Assembly: GCF_017876815.1 (NCBI RefSeq)
Contig: NZ_JAGIOS010000001.1
Span: forward strand, 2,910,001 to 2,942,000
Length of the DNA: 32,000 nt
From: Sinorhizobium meliloti
GTDB lineage: Bacteria; Pseudomonadota; Alphaproteobacteria; Rhizobiales; Rhizobiaceae
Reading direction: 5' to 3'
Of the stretch, positions 31,237-32,000 are shown piece by piece. The position numbers and the translations under genes were made by a program. The first letter of the stretch is position 1. Every line of letters begins with the position of its first letter. The notes beneath the pieces are model-generated. The model was not told the DNA's origin. It saw only the letters and a list, made by a program, of their open reading frames with translations, and ran no database searches.

Positions 31237-32000
31237 ATGCCGATAAACGCATCCTCCTGCAGCGGCCGATCGGAGCGAACCTTGAAAGATCTTCACTATC
31301 CTTCTCGCCAAGCTGAGAATGAGCGGGATCGGAGAGGGATATTCGATCGCGTGCTTACCCGGTACGAGACCTACAAGCTCACGGCGCGTGTTCGCAAGCG
31401 GAGGCGACCGATCGAAATGTCATGCCTGACCGAGGGCGGCCAGAGGCCTCTCGGCAAAGGCGACATTCCCGTCGTGTTCAATACGCATAACGATCGCAAG
31501 TTGATGCCGTCGTTTCTGGCGCACTACAGAGGGCTCGGCGTTACCCGCTTCATCTGCGTCGACGACGTATCGTCGGACGGGACGCGGGACTATCTGCTTG
31601 CGCAGGCCGATGTGGACCTTTGGAGTTCGCCGGTGCGGTATCGCGATGCCCGCAGGGGGCGTGAATGGCGCGAGGCTCTCTTCGAGCGCTATGGCTGGGA
31701 CCGGTGGTATCTCAATGTCGATTCCGACGAGTTCCTGATTTACGAGGACTGCGAGAACCGGCCGCTCGGTGCGCTTCTGCAGGCATTGGAGAGCAGAGGG
31801 GAAAAGCGCCTCGCAGCCCCCATGCTCGACATGTATCCGACCGGACGGCTCGGGGCTGCCACGCTCGACAGCGACGACGGCCGCATGCCGTGGGAAATCG
31901 CCGATCATTTCGACGGCTCCGGATACGAGATCAGCTATACGAAGCGGGCGATCAGCATCACGGGCGGCCCGCGCAAGCGCAAATTCGCCCATCTGCTCGA
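31237..32000 (+). CDS. glycosyltransferase family 2-like protein (3' end outside window; start uncertain, 31237 or 31417)
   Basis: This frame is open from 31225 to the window end and is not in the track because it has no stop. IPVVFNTHNDRKLMPSFLAHYRGLGVTRFICVDDVSSDGTRDYL ... WYLNVDSDEFL matches the Glyco_tranf_2_4-type pattern (NE..l..wl.hy..lGv..f...Dn.S.DgT...L ... D.DEf). Confidence 0.6.
   Translation, partial: MPINASSCSGRSERTLKDLHYPSRQAENERDRRGIFDRVLTRYETYKLTARVRKRRRPIEMSCLTEGGQRPLGKGDIPVVFNTHNDRKLMPSFLAHYRGLGVTRFICVDDVSSDGTRDYLLAQADVDLWSSPVRYRDARRGREWREALFERYGWDRWYLNVDSDEFLIYEDCENRPLGALLQALESRGEKRLAAPMLDMYPTGRLGAATLDSDDGRMPWEIADHFDGSGYEISYTKRAISITGGPRKRKFAHLL

Noticed and set aside
31420-31992. 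190-aa minus-strand ORF
   Set aside because: The opposite (+) frame carries clear GT2-like motifs and is open to the window edge. The minus ORF is its shadow.

Overview
High-GC (about 60% by eye) alphaproteobacterial, Rhizobiales-like DNA. Positions 1 to about 26000 hold the late region of a siphovirus-type prophage. Gene order is scaffold/protease C-terminus, decoration-like protein, major capsid, connector proteins, Mu F-like morphogenesis protein, HK97 gp10-like protein, tail terminator, tail tube, G/GT chaperone with a -1 slippery heptamer, tape measure, an RcGTA-like tail tip (Dit-like, DUF2163-like, NlpC/P60, 915-aa host-specificity protein), more tail and fibre genes, then a lysis cassette (GH19 endolysin, Cys/His protein, overlapped spanin pair). 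Lower-GC cassettes interrupt the late operon, most on the opposite strand: a leaderless lipocalin, small membrane proteins, a three-gene island between chaperone and tape measure, and an antisense gene after the tape measure. Three cassettes are bracketed by diverged partial duplications of the neighbouring phage gene. One such duplication pairs a twin-arginine-like signal peptide with a copy of the last 45 residues of the host-specificity protein. I consider that the most novel item. An IS66-family element (2694 bp, 8-bp target duplication) has cleanly split the last tail-module gene. From 26000 to 29450 the DNA is decayed accessory material: hairpin repeats, DUF3606, Cys-rich zinc-ribbon ORFs with a frameshift, and a multiply frameshifted LigD-like ligase pseudogene. 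It ends in a 3' fragment of tRNA-Lys(CUU), probably an att boundary. Beyond it lie hicAB, an Stf0-type sulfotransferase and a partial glycosyltransferase. I saw no rRNA, no complete tRNA and no CRISPR array. All functional calls rest on remembered family motifs, synteny and hand translation; no database search was possible.
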